Source of the DNA: Balanoglossus misakiensis
Lineage: Eukaryota > Animalia > Hemichordata
Assembly (NCBI GenBank): GCA_040954595.2
Contig: CM082591.2
Span: 2,840,159 to 2,904,158 of the forward strand
DNA length: 64,000 bases
Direction: 5' to 3'
The notes under the pieces are model-generated. The model was not told the origin of the DNA. It was given only the letters and a program-made list of their open reading frames with translations, and ran no database searches. Each line of letters begins with the position of its first letter. Position 1 is the first letter of the stretch. This document shows, one piece after another, positions 1 through 12,804 of the stretch. Both the position numbers and the translations under genes were made by a program.

Positions 1-3000
1 ATTTCAAGGCTAATAATGGCGGTCTCCCGTAGCGTAGCCTTCCAGGACACTCCGTTTATTGAAATATTGGCCAGGGCTCCGTCCTACCTCTGTGGTAGTT
101 CCATGGTCCTACATATTCTGTATATATCGGAAGGAACCGTTTCCGTTTATTGTGTGCGAGAGTTTAGTCGGCGGGTCTAAAGCTTCTCATAATACAATCT
201 CGTTGTAGCAACGTTAATGATATTGATCGGGATATCATGCATACTCGCCTTTTCAATGCGCCAGAAAGGTTATACCTGCATCGACTTCAGAACCAGGTAT
301 AATCGCTACTTTGCCACAAAAGATGTATGTCATGCGAGACAACAGCGCCCCCGTTTGCTCGCGTGCTATCATTCAAGTGTGCGTACGTACATTTGCAAAA
401 AGCAATGAGGCTGGCCTGGATCCAGCTCGTCGATCGACGTTTCGCATTGGCTAGACGAGACAAGTACAAGGGCCATTCAATATATGATAGATTTTCGAAG
501 CGACCTACAACCAAGTTCGACCTTGCAGGCTTATCACCAAGTTGGCGAGAATTGGTACAGGCATTTTCTTTCCGTATCAGATTTTGATCAAAGTCGCGCA
601 TACACAAACGCGATAACAATACAATAAATTCTAACACCGACGGGGATCCCCGTGTGGTGCTGTTAGAGAAAGCGTTGCTGATTGGCTTATAAATACAGAC
701 TATTGCCATTTCTGATTCTTTCACTGGCCAGAATATGACGATACATCCTACCCATAACGGATCATGTCCCCCGCGTTTATAAATGTGGTCGGCGCAGTCA
801 AACGATCGACTACAAATTGCGCCCATTTGCCGCCACCTTCGGGGTTAGATAAACACTCTACCCCGGCCTATAATTGAAAAATCGATGCCTCTAAAATTAA
901 TAGCACGCAAATGGTGTATTTATGGCCGAAACCCATGTGTGCGACACAAAAACCAGAACTAAGAACAAAGAAGTCGTGAAAACTTAAGAGAAAATAAGCC
1001 TGGGAGTGTTCTAACATTATTTGCTGTTAAGAAACTTAATTGCGGACAATGATTTTCGTCGTAGGTTTTGGCAATGGCTACTTCGGACCGGGTTCTCCGT
1101 TTCCCAACACAAATCATAATATATTCGGACGTTCATATTATTATCAGTTTCTTGAAAACATTTTCAGGTAACTTCCAACGCCCACGCTTCGTTCTCCTTT
1201 CGCATACAATACCTTTGTTTTGAAAAAAGTCCAATATAACAACAGCGTTGTGTAAACGTAGCTACAGCATATACCTGATGCGATAACGTGAGGATGTTAT
1301 CAGTCGTATTATTTGGAGTGATTTGCAAACTATGTTATCAAAACATCATTACCAGTTCACGGTGCTGATAGTGTCAATTCACGGCTAATGCCGACAAACA
1401 CTGGCTCAAGTGCGTCGTTCTCGTCTGTGCCATTTTACGAGCGGAACCGGTGATACAGAAAGAAACGGACGGAGTTCTAGTTGGGGGGGGGTGAGATGTG
1501 ATAGCGATATGCGCGAATATAGGACATGGTCAGTTGGTCAATACGTGCGGCCAAAGAGATGGCGAGACGCTCGTGTACGCGGTGTCCAGTACTGACCACA
1601 AAAGCCACTCAATATTTCTACCAAATCTGCATCAGGGTATCACTATATCATTTGGACACACATTCAACACAAAGTGCTTGAAAAGACCACATAAATCGCA
1701 GACAGAAGTCGAAAGACTTAATCCCTCCTAATCTCGACGTATAAATCAAACCATAGCAGCAAAACAGGCACGATTGTCTACGTTTACCGGTAAATGGCGA
1801 GAGTGCCCGGCTATGACTGCGGTACCAAAGCAGGGTTCACTCACTAATAGGGCTAGCTTACTATTGCAAGAGTAGAGAATATAATGTACTTGTACTCTAA
1901 TGTTATGGGACGAGGATGTACTGAGCAAAATTGCAATACATGTATGCCGAGATATCACACGCTGATGATCGAACGATCGAAGCAGACAGATAAAAAAATA
2001 CGGGTCGGTAACCCTACGAGATACGAAGCGGCGGTTTCCATGACGAGAAATAACATAACACGGACAAGAGCTCAAAATACACACAGCGAAATTGTTACAT
2101 AAAGTATTACGTAATCGTAAGTGCTTCTGAAAGGGGCGCCTCCGAGACCCACTTTCCCTGAATGCTCGAATAATCTACACTGACAAGACGCATAGGCCAC
2201 AGATTTGGAGATGGTCCCAACGATTAATGAAATCGATAATTGCCGATTCAAGCGTTGGCTAATTCAGCTGTTAAAGACTGACCGTCGATAATGAGCGGAG
2301 AACGCCATTTTGTCGTGCGTTCGCTTTCTTTAGTCCCATTGTTGTCCCCACATTAAAAATGATTAAACCAATAGTTTACTTTAGAAAGCTTCATAGCGCA
2401 CAGACCCCCTGCTGATTGTGGTTCTATTGCTTGAAATAATACAATCGATTAGTTAATAGCTCTGTAGATAAATAGACGATGGTATGAATGAGTTTTGACT
2501 CCCATTTCATCCTGGCTTATTTGAATACCAACCGTTTTACCCCCTTTTGGGATAAGCGCTAATCTCGTGTGGGCGTATTGGCCAGTCGAGGAGTTCATCT
2601 ACTCGTTTGTCTTGACAGCGAATAACGTTCTTATTTGTTTTGATTACACTGGAGTAGAACAAAACAAATACGTGGTCGCACTTCAACTTCAAGAAGTAAT
2701 CACAGGCTACGGAAATAGCGATGCTAATCCGTCTGTTGGCCATGCAACGGTCCAAGAGTGTACCGTCAACCCGGCCAATTTTACGCGAACGCGCCTCTCT
2801 CAACCCATGACTGACGCGTGACCGGACGCAGCGTGGTTTTCACCGCGGATGCTTCGAATTCGCCGGGCTGAACACATCGCCATGGACACTCTTTGTACAG
2901 TGCATGCCTTAGATTTTCTGGCATGACAAACCAAGACAGTTTAATTCAGCTTCAGTCACGTTTGTTTTCTGCACGACCCCTCAGGGCTGCGGCACAGATC

Positions 3001-3734
3001 ATTCTTTTACGCTCATAGCACATGTTGTCTTTTCATTCCCTTTTAAGAGCAGATACTCGGATCAGTAAACCACTAGTATTTGGCGAGATTATTTCACGAC
3101 AGTCGTTGCACGCACTAAATATAACCTAACAGTGTCAGATACAGTCAAATACGCCATAAAATCGATAACTTTAAAACTTGACTTCTCTGGACCTTTAGCA
3201 AACGAACTGCCAACTATCGTGACCGGCATACCAGATTCGTGTCAACGTCTGCATACCGACACCCCAGTCTTGGAATTTCCGCGCATTCGAATCGATTGAT
3301 ACATTGCGGATATTAAATGAATTTTGATTTCAATTCGGTTTCTGGAGCGCATTCAATATATTGTGTCACCGTTTCCTAATTGTGCGGTTTCAAGGCGATG
3401 GTAACACCGGGAACGATAAAAAATTCATTTAATTATTGTGTCGCTCTCTTCCGCGACCAATAATGTCGGACACGATGTCGCTTTCATTTCGATCAACTAT
3501 TAATAAGATTTCAATTTCCGCACAAATTCGAACATTCGTCGTCTCGTTGGAAATGGTTACATTATTTATACTGGAGAGTGTGGATTGTCGTCAAAGATGC
3601 AGAATTTGTCATGAACGTTAACATTGTCGCCAGATTATATAAATGAACAACAAGACAAACCGAAACAAAAATTAATTAAAGACATTATTTTTGGAAACGA
3701 CGATAGACTCGGAAAAAATGTACGTTTTACTCAC

Positions 3735-6700
3735 GGATGCTTTTCCAGCCGCGTCGACGCCGTTTGCCGTTCCCGGTTCCACCTTGGGAACCACTTTGTT
3801 CTTTGAACTCATCGCCGTTAGATTCTGTCTGGAGACACGGTTACAGCAAAGGTGGGAGAGGGGGGACAGCAGAGTGAGGGAACATCAACTAGTAAAGCAC
3901 CTGTTAGCAGTGGTACAACCACACTGAGTGCCGCGAACAGGTGCATTGAAGGTTAAGCGCGGCCATGGAATTTCCACGCATGCGCCTGCCTCAGATCAGC
4001 GCTGTAACTATGGCCACGGTATTGATTCTGTTTGCAAAATATCATCAGTGCACATTTGATACATGTGCAGGTCGGCTGAAAAGGTGAACCTTAGTACGTG
4101 CCAGAGTAGCTCAAACGAAGATAAAGAGATATTACGTTCACTGAGTGTTAATATTATCCTCGTGACGAAATGGACCCCAAGACAATCATGGTCTTAGGGC
4201 TCCCGTTCGTCGGTGAACGTGAACGTTATGCTGGGTGAAAGTGAACGCTATGCGGTGTGAAAGTGAACGCTCTGAAACTATTCATAGTGAATCTGATAAC
4301 CCCCTGCGGCGGGGCGTACTGCACTTTAGTTGGTTACCGAATCAAGCTATTGTAGGAGGCCCCCCAACCCCAGACCTCTTTTGTCTCGATGCAGATCTTA
4401 AGCTTTTTGGTGTTTCCTTTCTCTACTGAGTCTCACAATGGGATGCCTTGGGTAAACCCGATTTGTTCAGTCGCAGGAGACTGTGATTGGTCTACTTCTG
4501 GCAGCGATTGAAAACCTTTTGCAGACGCTGTACACGCTCATAATTTTAAATCCAGTAATTGCGGCTTTGTACATCGTGAAAATATCGCCTGGCGTCCAAC
4601 GACAGGTTTTGTTCGTAGCTATGATGAAATTATAACACCTAATCACGAAAAATGTTTGTGCTTGTGAAAAATTAGGAAAACGAACGAGCGTCTCCCATTT
4701 GATATTTGAATTTTAGTCCGGACTAAAATTCAGTGGTCATACGACCATGACATGAAGGCAAACATGAGTACTATTGCGCCCCCTTATTGTGATATATTTG
4801 CAGTATAATATCATGCCATTATATGTCTTCATAACACACTTCCAGATCTAAATTTCATATTTAGAGTTGACGCGATGATTGGCAGTGAGGACGATCATGA
4901 GAAGGAACCTTTGCCTGAAACTACGGTTTAATTAGTGGCCATTTGTCTTCATTTGGTAAATACTTGTATATTGGTATTTTCATCATTCGTTATCTCTAAT
5001 ATGTTATCGCGAATTTCAATCGCAATTTAGAGTAATGACTATTTTTAGAGTGTTTGATTGATCGAGACGTCGGATTCAGACGCCAAAATGGAACAACCAG
5101 CACGTAGCAACACAATGTACGCATTGTCTCACGTATCGACTGACCAATTAATGTTATAGCGGAGCATATTGAAGAATACGCAACAGGTAAAACGTACGCA
5201 TGTGCACAGCAGATCCATGGTCTAGGGCCTGTGGTTAATCAAAACATGGTCAGTTAGTCAGATAGACAGACAGACACACGTAATCATGTGGGCTGGAACT
5301 CCTCAACGATTCTACATAGCTGATAAAGCTCTAACTCCGGCCAAGGCAACGTTCTTGGCAGTTCTAGTCTTCTACAGAAACGATGGAGAGCCATCGTCGA
5401 TTGATTGTCACACCTGTCTGGGTTTCTCTAATAAAACCACCATCACGCATGTCACAAGCTTATTAAATTTGGTAGAATAATCAGTCTGTCCATTGTTGTT
5501 CCTCATGATTTACGTGTGGCATGTACGTTGCTGTGTACTAGGATGTATTTATAGACAAATGATGATCGCAAATACTTTAATATCAATAAAAAATTATATA
5601 TGTCAGAGAGATAACCCAGTACATGTATGTCTGTGTAGGGTTTAGTTTGTCTTCTGAACCATTTTGTAGGTCGACTCTTAGTTCAAACAGTGGATTTATC
5701 TATATTTTAAACAACATTCTCCATCTGTCCGTTTCTCTCTCTGTCTGTCTACCCGTCCGCCCACCGATTTGCCTTCCTTTAATCAGTCTAGTTTCACACT
5801 TTTCTGTCTGTGTTTGCCTCTCCACGGCCTGCCACTGTCCAGCAGGTACTTGTCTTGTCAAAACGAGCGATGGATCCAGCCAGTATTTAATCATATGAGC
5901 CACATTGATCATACTGCCTGATTGATTTACGAGAATGAAATTATTAAGTCCTTTATTGGTTGTATTTAAGTAACAAAAATGATAACAACCGTCGGTGAAG
6001 TACACATATCAACACTGATATGAACTGTTGCCCATTCCTCAATCTCTGTGTGTTCAAAATCGTCGTAATGTGGTCTCTCATTGCCTTACAGTGAAACGAC
6101 GATGATTTTTGTTGTTGTTTTTTGTCCGGAGACATAAAATAAGCAAAAATGTTAAAACTCCCTTAGGCAGAATGCGGTAGACTATCTGATGATGAAAGTA
6201 CGCAAATAGTTCTCGGTCAACTCGACCTTGAGACAGTATACGCAGGCAGACTCCTTTAAGAGGAAATTACATTGCTTAGGGCATTTCTATAGGAGCAAAC
6301 TGTGGAACGTAATGTTAATTGGAAAGATACGATACGATGCACTGCGCACCTGTTCATTTTATGCAACGTTACTATGGCGACTTGTAAACACGCGGACGTA
6401 TTTTGAGATGTCTGGCTAGCTGTTTTGTAGAAGAGCAACATATTTCATTCCATCGGAACAACTGATAATTGACTCTATTATATTAATTGATCAGATAATC
6501 TCCTACTCCCGCGTGACAACCGTTTCTTGTCTGTCGACACAAAGCAATTGCGTTCCCGGGTGATACCACATACTAAGCCCTGTTATGTGTCGAGGGAGGA
6601 TGATATATCTCGGTCATCAAATCCACACTGTCCCAAATAACTTTGTTCATTACTTACCGGTTGTACAAGATATTGTGTAGAAATATGAGGGCGTTTTTGT

Positions 6701-8039
6701 CGGTGAATGAACAGACATGTTGTTTGTCGAGGCACATACATACATGTACATACATACATACATACATACATACATACATACATACATACATACATACATA
6801 CATACATACATACATACTTGCATACATACATACATACATACATACATACATACATACATACATACATACTTGCATACATACATACATACATACATACATA
6901 CATACATACATACATACATACATACATACATACATACAATTAACACGGCCATTGTTTAATGTTCTGAACATGATTAAATAGTTTTTCCTTGTGAGATTTG
7001 TCAGGTTGCATAACCTTAATTTTAACATCCACTCAAAGACATTCCAGATATGCTTTTTAAATAGTTTATCCCCTGTTTTTCTTGCCTACACTCGAACAGT
7101 TACTGCGCCCTCACGCGAGCCTCTTGTACTCTGCAGGTGATAGAAATAGCATCATGCAGAATCACCTGTAGCGGGCTAAATGTGTCCAAGAGGCACCAAC
7201 ATATGCGGATGTCAAAATGAGAATACGATTCAGTGGGTTTTGTCTGAATAACCAATAAACATACGCCAGGGATTGATTTATGTACGTTCGAAATCCCATG
7301 GCTTATCGGCTCAGTGGAGTTTTGAGGACTTATAGTGATATCTGAAGCACGCCCCCCTCTCTGGTAGTAACGAGACACTGAATAAACTATCAAAGTACGT
7401 TAAGTTTCAAAGTTCGACATGGCACTGTGCTGCAAAGTATGCAAACAACACCCGTCATTGAAAGATCAACTCGGCATAAATCAGAGTCTACGCACTTCGC
7501 TACAAGACTAGCGTTTAGCGCCCTCATGGGCGATGTTTGAATCACACCTTGACTGTGATGACGTCATGGGGAAGTCAGAGTTATTGTTGTGTGTCACCCT
7601 TGAATTTGCCGCGTAAAATTGTCTTTGTTTCTTAGTTCACTTAATAATTGGCACGGCCTATTAGTCATTAAAAACCCATCCGTTTTTTTTGTCAGATTGA
7701 GAGTATAATCATATTTCAAATATACATAACATAAATATGACTGTCACAATTAGGCAGCTCAGGCACTTGACCAATTGCATTGAGATGTTGGTCATTGTAA
7801 GCACTGGGCAATCAACAAATAGGCCTATGTAATTTATAACCATACTGGGATAAACACATATAGTACACGGGAGAGAAATACTTAACAGAGGAAGAAAGAG
7901 CAAAATACATGTCTGACAAAGAGAGGCATTGAATATATGATTATAATAAACAGCCACGTCTTACCTCTGCATATTTGCTTTTTCTGTTGGTAAACAGTTT
8001 CAAGTTCACGTTGGGACATCTTTTCATGATCGCGTCCAT
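3735..8039 (-). CDS. 5' coding exons of an unidentified gene that continues beyond the left edge (partial)
   Basis: Exon A has acceptor tatttcag| (exon starts 8122), ATG at 8039 in acaATGG context, reads MDAIMKRCPNVNLKLFTNRKSKYAE and ends at donor gag|gtaag at 7965 (phase 0). Exon B (3828-3735) has a long polypyrimidine tract plus tctccag| and donor |gtgagt. Exon B is open both as the phase-0 continuation TESNGDEFKEQSGSQGGTGNGKRRRRGWKSI and as an own-ATG frame MSSKNKVVPKVEPGTANGVDAAGKAS. No domain recognised. Confidence 0.45.
6735..6938. repeat. (TACA)n tetranucleotide microsatellite
   Basis: About 50 TACA units with two TACTTGCATA interruptions; explains the YVCM/IHTY ORFs. Confidence 0.98.
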
Positions 8040-9465
8040 TGTGTATCAGGCTTGACCACTTCACCAGTGGTGGTCAATCTCTGTTTTCTGGCAAGAGCAG
8101 AACACCGCTGTCCAGGAACTCGCTGAAATAAATGCACTGTTGTTGCTTTTGGGTCAATGTTATACCTGCGTGTGCTACTTCCTTTTTTGTCGTGGGAACA
8201 CACGACTTTAAGTGACTTCCTGGTTGCATGCAGTCGACGTTAGCCTCTTATCGTTCAACTTTTGACCTGGTGCACGACAAAAACTATGGAGGGGGCAATT
8301 TATTTAACAACCAGAGAACTTTGGAAGGCATACATACCCAAATTGTCGTTAATATAAAAAAAATAAGTTACTTTATATAGTTAATGTATGTTAGCATTCA
8401 AAATCAGCACAGTACAAAGAAGCCTGGTCTAAATTTTAAATTTATTTCTCAAAAATTAAATTTAACATACTGGAGTGTTATCAAGTGAGTGTCACGCGCC
8501 CGTCACGCGAATTGAAAATGTCGAAACTTAAGTGGTTGAAGGGTGACGCAGAAAATCACGCAGCACACCGACACAATATTGTTGTTTATAAGATAACTTG
8601 TATCGCCTATATAGGTCAGTGATCTTCAACCCATTTCTGACACAGCATGTTAGGCCACAGACCCCCCGGGAAACTTTCCCGTGGGTTTGAGGTGAGGTCC
8701 GTGTGGTAGAACAGTGGGCGAGTCAGTACAACAGTCTGTAAATTGGGAATGTTTTTCTCAAAGAACAAGATTCCTCAGGTGTATTTACTGACCCAAATTC
8801 GCCAAATGTTTACTGCTGGCATGGTCAAAGGTTAACTGGCTGACTAACAAACAGAAAATGTCACATGATCGTATTTCTCGCTTCATCAGTTCCACCTCGA
8901 AGTCCTATGCTACTGTATTTCAAATAAAATATATGCTGATTCCTTCTCTCTCAGGCACTAGTTTTTCATTAGAAGGAGCAAAGTGCACCTATTTACATTT
9001 TTGAAAGTTTCATGTTGAACTTTAGCATATTCATTCAAATTTCCTGTGATATCCATGAATGTGAACTTAAACTGAAGTAAAGTTAAAATATGCCAGAGTA
9101 TGTCCATAGACAGGGATTTGCTTCATAGGGTATTGTGATTTCTATAAGTGTTTTCAATATCACGAATTTGATTACAACAACACAAGCAACAACAACAACA
9201 ACAACTGAGTTTTGTTTTATTTTTTTTGCAGAAACGACATAGACACAATCACAACCACCAATTGGACTACAACCAGAGTATGCTGTTTCTAGTGTTATCA
9301 TGATCTGAATTGAAGAAACAAAGGTCAGTTATGTTTAATGATTTTGCATATGTGAAGGACTTATCGGTTGCTTCGCATCTAAGGTCAATTCAATGTCGCG
9401 GCGTGTGTTTATCTCCGTTGAAGGCGAGAGTCACCGAGCAAGTGTTTAAATGATCAATGGAGGGA

Positions 9466-9920
9466 GTTTAACCACAGGGATATATTCAAGGAAAGTATAG
9501 TAATAATTATATGATAGAAACTGAGTAAGTTTGTTGTCTGTCAACTCTTCTGTCTTTCTCTCACCGATACGATTCTAACCGAAACACTGAGGTTTCTCTG
9601 CTCGCGCACAGTATAGTAAAAACAATGGCACAGTTATTTAATATGGGGTACACTTGCGACAGGCCGTGATTTCGCTATCCAGCACAATCACGGCCATCCG
9701 GCATTCTCCACTTGTCTAGTAAGACAAGGTAGGAGGTCAGCTGGAGGTCAGGTGGTATGAAGAGTTCGCCAAAAAGGGCGCATCCCGCGAGCAGGACAGC
9801 CTTGGTGTATCGGTAAGAGAAACGTTAGAATCGTAAGGGTAAAAGAAAGGAAAAAGAAGAAAAATAGGCTGACCGACAACTTTTTCTGTTAAATCCCTGA
9901 ATTAATCTCTGTGGTTTAAC
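9466..9920. mobile_element. degenerate foldback/MITE-like element
   Basis: The left end gtttaaccacagggatatattcaagga...tacgattctaac...ctgctcgcg matches, imperfectly, the reverse complement of the right end gttaaaccacagagattaattcaggga...tacgattctaac...ctgctcgcg. No coding capacity. Confidence 0.5.
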
Positions 9921-10606
9921 CGTTGGGTTTTATTTATGAAGTCATGCACACAACAAGATAGATTCCAGTCCCAAGTTTATTTCTGAAGTTGAAATATAAA
10001 TAAACTTACTACAATATAAAGCAGTTTACACTAAATCCGCTAAAGTAACCGTAATATGTTTTAAAAATTAAACGTCAGTAGCTATAGGTTGATATGTGAC
10101 ATTTTGTCGTACAATTGCAACATTTCTCAAGTTTGGCGCCCTCAAACGATAACCGCAAGAAATTTCATACAGCGAACTTCTCGCGCAGAACAATTGAAAC
10201 TGATGTTCTAAAATGTACAGGCATATAGGTTTTACTGATATCATGACTTTAAAATCTTCCAGTAAAATAGTTTGGCTTTTCGTATGTAGGTGATCTTTAA
10301 TACAATTAAAAACGGTCTGTTGCAGTTGGTGGCGCTCTACTATTTCGTACTATTCATCCTCGTGTGCTTAAAGTCTAAACAAAATTCTATACATGCCAGA
10401 AGAATTAAACTTAACATTGATATCTTCAGAAGGGGAACTCTACTTAAATTTTCATTTTTGAACTGGTATTTATGAAAATATTATCGCTTGTTGGAGAAAA
10501 TGACAGCGTTTGCGTGAGACAAACGATATACAGAGGGTAACAGTATTTTGCAAAATATAATACATGACGCGGAGAACGTCGATTTGAGTTGCCATGGTGA
10601 TAGCGT

Positions 10607-12717
10607 TTAGGGTTCTTCAACTGAGTTTCCGGTGAATGACTTCTGGGCCAGGCATTCGTCGAGGACGCCATTTTCTACAGACAAAAAAAGACGCTTGTCA
10701 AAAATATGTCCAATAATGTATATTTATACACATTTCAAGAAAACTGAGGTAGCTTAAACCTAGCCGTTAATAATTATGGTCATACCCATTCATATGCTGA
10801 TGTCCATAGGTCAAATATACAGTATTTTCATGGGAAGTTGTAAAGTGATGTAAGCTTTTTCGAAAATAGTAAGCATACACTGCCCCACATGTAAATGAGC
10901 TTAGTCTAGGCAAAGTCCCAGGTAGACAACCTCTAGCAATGGGCAAATCTTTTGACAAATAGCAGGTTTTGTGATGCAGGATGAAAAATAGACGACTAGA
11001 AGAAAGGTTCCATGATTTGTGGTTGGTTTCTGAATGCTTTGGTGTCTATATAGAAATTTCCTTACCTTTAAGTTCCATGTATGTGAGAATATCTTTAACG
11101 ACATCTTCAACATCGGTGGCTGTGTCGTATTCTAATGAACCACGTTTTCCGGCTAAGTTGGCAAAACAGAATCAAATATTTAAAAGATCATGTAGGATGA
11201 TTGGGTTTTGGTAACATATAAAACTAGAACCATCATTGTTACAGAGGTAATTGCTGTTAATAATCCATAAAAACAATTTAATAATCATGAAAACAAGGAC
11301 TTACTTTTACTGAAAATAAAAGGAGTCCACCTTTTGCCTTGTCTTCTGTTCGGTCCGCCTGCAACTGTTGAGAGGGGAGAGATCTTTAATTTAATCCATT
11401 TGCTCTTTGATGAGCTGGTAAACAGTGTCTCTGAACCAGTGATCTTGCAGTTAAGATATTAAAATTGTTACTTACCATGGATAGAAAGGGGTCTAGGCCA
11501 CACGCCCCTCGCTCTTTTTTCTGTATCCCTCTGAAAATTATAGATGTGAATTTAAAGTTATTAAAGGATTACAATCACTTCTGTTAGTACAGAAATTGGT
11601 GATTTGTCAACTAGATTTACTGAACTGAAACAATTTGTTTTAAAGATCCATCATTTAACTATATCAAAGAAAATGTCAATGATAAAAAAATCTAGAACAA
11701 AAAGGTGATAAATGTCAGTTGATTAGGAAATGTGCCACGAGCAGCCAGTATATAATTTGCGAGAGGTCATCGCTCATACCGGTACTACAATTTCTCAAAC
11801 TTGATATTAAATATCACAAGTAGAACTGTGTCACGTCTTCCGAGTGACTTTGTAATCCGTCTATCTGTGTGAGCTTGCGGGAAGATATATGTAGTTTCTT
11901 CAGAAAACATCAATATTATACATCCATATCTTATTTGATAAGAGAAATATTATAACCATAGTGTTTGCGCATCTGCTTTTACAGATATTTAAGCCGAATA
12001 GGTTGGAATTTAGACCCTCCAAATGAAAGCCTCATTATCGTTCACAAAGTCATTTTAAGGCTGTTGTAATTGACTCAGCTGATCACGCTAATCGATAAAC
12101 GCCAGACTTTATTACTTTTCAACGAATAACAATGATTTCCAAGTATTTACATCCCTAGAGGTTCATCTAGTTTTCCTTCCCTTGCAACTATTCTACAGGT
12201 TTTGTTTGGAATCATAGGTGGTGATGTAGAGTCTATAGTGTGACACTTACTCTGCTTCTGATTATACCCCAAAGTTTTATCCATTAAGGATTAAAATACT
12301 TGCATGCAACATGTCTGCCTAAATGTACATAACTGCAGTGTGTCTACAACTTGTCAGACTACATATATGTGTGTCTGCAATCTATCTGCTGAAATCTGTT
12401 GGCTGTCTCTGCAAAATGTCTGCCTGCATAACAGTGTGTCCACAACATGTTTTCCTATCTTTCGGCGTGTCTGCAACTTGTCAGTCTATACGCCTGTGTG
12501 TCTGGAACCTATCTGCCTATAGCTTTTTGTCAGTATGTCTCCACCAGTCATTACTGTTAACAGAAAGTGGCAGTTCTTGTGTGACTATAGAGCAGTTCCA
12601 AAAACCCTGTCCATGCGGCATGTCATGACAAACTTCTCTTACCTTTTCAACGGAGTCTGCGCTGATAGCCATGACTGTGAGAGCAAGGAGGAACCCACAA
12701 CTAATTAACAGCTTCAT
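10607..12717 (-). CDS. galanin/spexin-like neuropeptide precursor (114 aa, 5 coding exons)
   Basis: Exons 12717-12643, 11530-11476, 11364-11305, 11152-11066 and 10674-10607 (75/55/60/87/68 nt) are all flanked by GT-AG, with intron phases 0,1,1,1. They splice to MKLLISCGFLLALTVMAISA-DSVEKR-DTEKR-ARGVWPRPLSIHVAGGPNRRQG-KR-WTPFIFSKTG-KR-GSLEYDTATDVEDVVKDILTYMELKENGVLDECLAQKSFTGNSVEEP*. The protein has a signal peptide, dibasic sites, two G-KR amidation signals, a WTP motif as in spexin, and a C-terminus resembling galanin GMAP (IIEFLSFLHLKEAGALD). The neuropeptide-precursor call is strong; the family assignment is inference. Confidence 0.85.
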
Positions 12718-12760
12718 CTTGAAAGACTTGTGATAGTTTCTGGAGAAAGGAATATAGAGA

Positions 12761-12804
12761 GGTTCTGTATTAGCCTTAATTAGGTTCTGTATTAGCCTTA
12801 ATTA
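12761..12804. repeat. 22-bp exact tandem duplication
   Basis: ggttctgtattagccttaatta x2, in the intron just upstream of the first coding exon (acceptor at 12740-12741). Confidence 0.9.

Noticed and set aside
287-826. 179-aa minus-strand ORF, joint longest in the track
   Set aside because: No recognisable domain and no clear splice signals linking it to the upstream exons; treated as probable chance ORF or decayed repeat.
6583-7028. YVCM/IHTY-repeat ORFs (also 22731-23270)
   Set aside because: These are translations of (TACA)n and (TG)n microsatellites.
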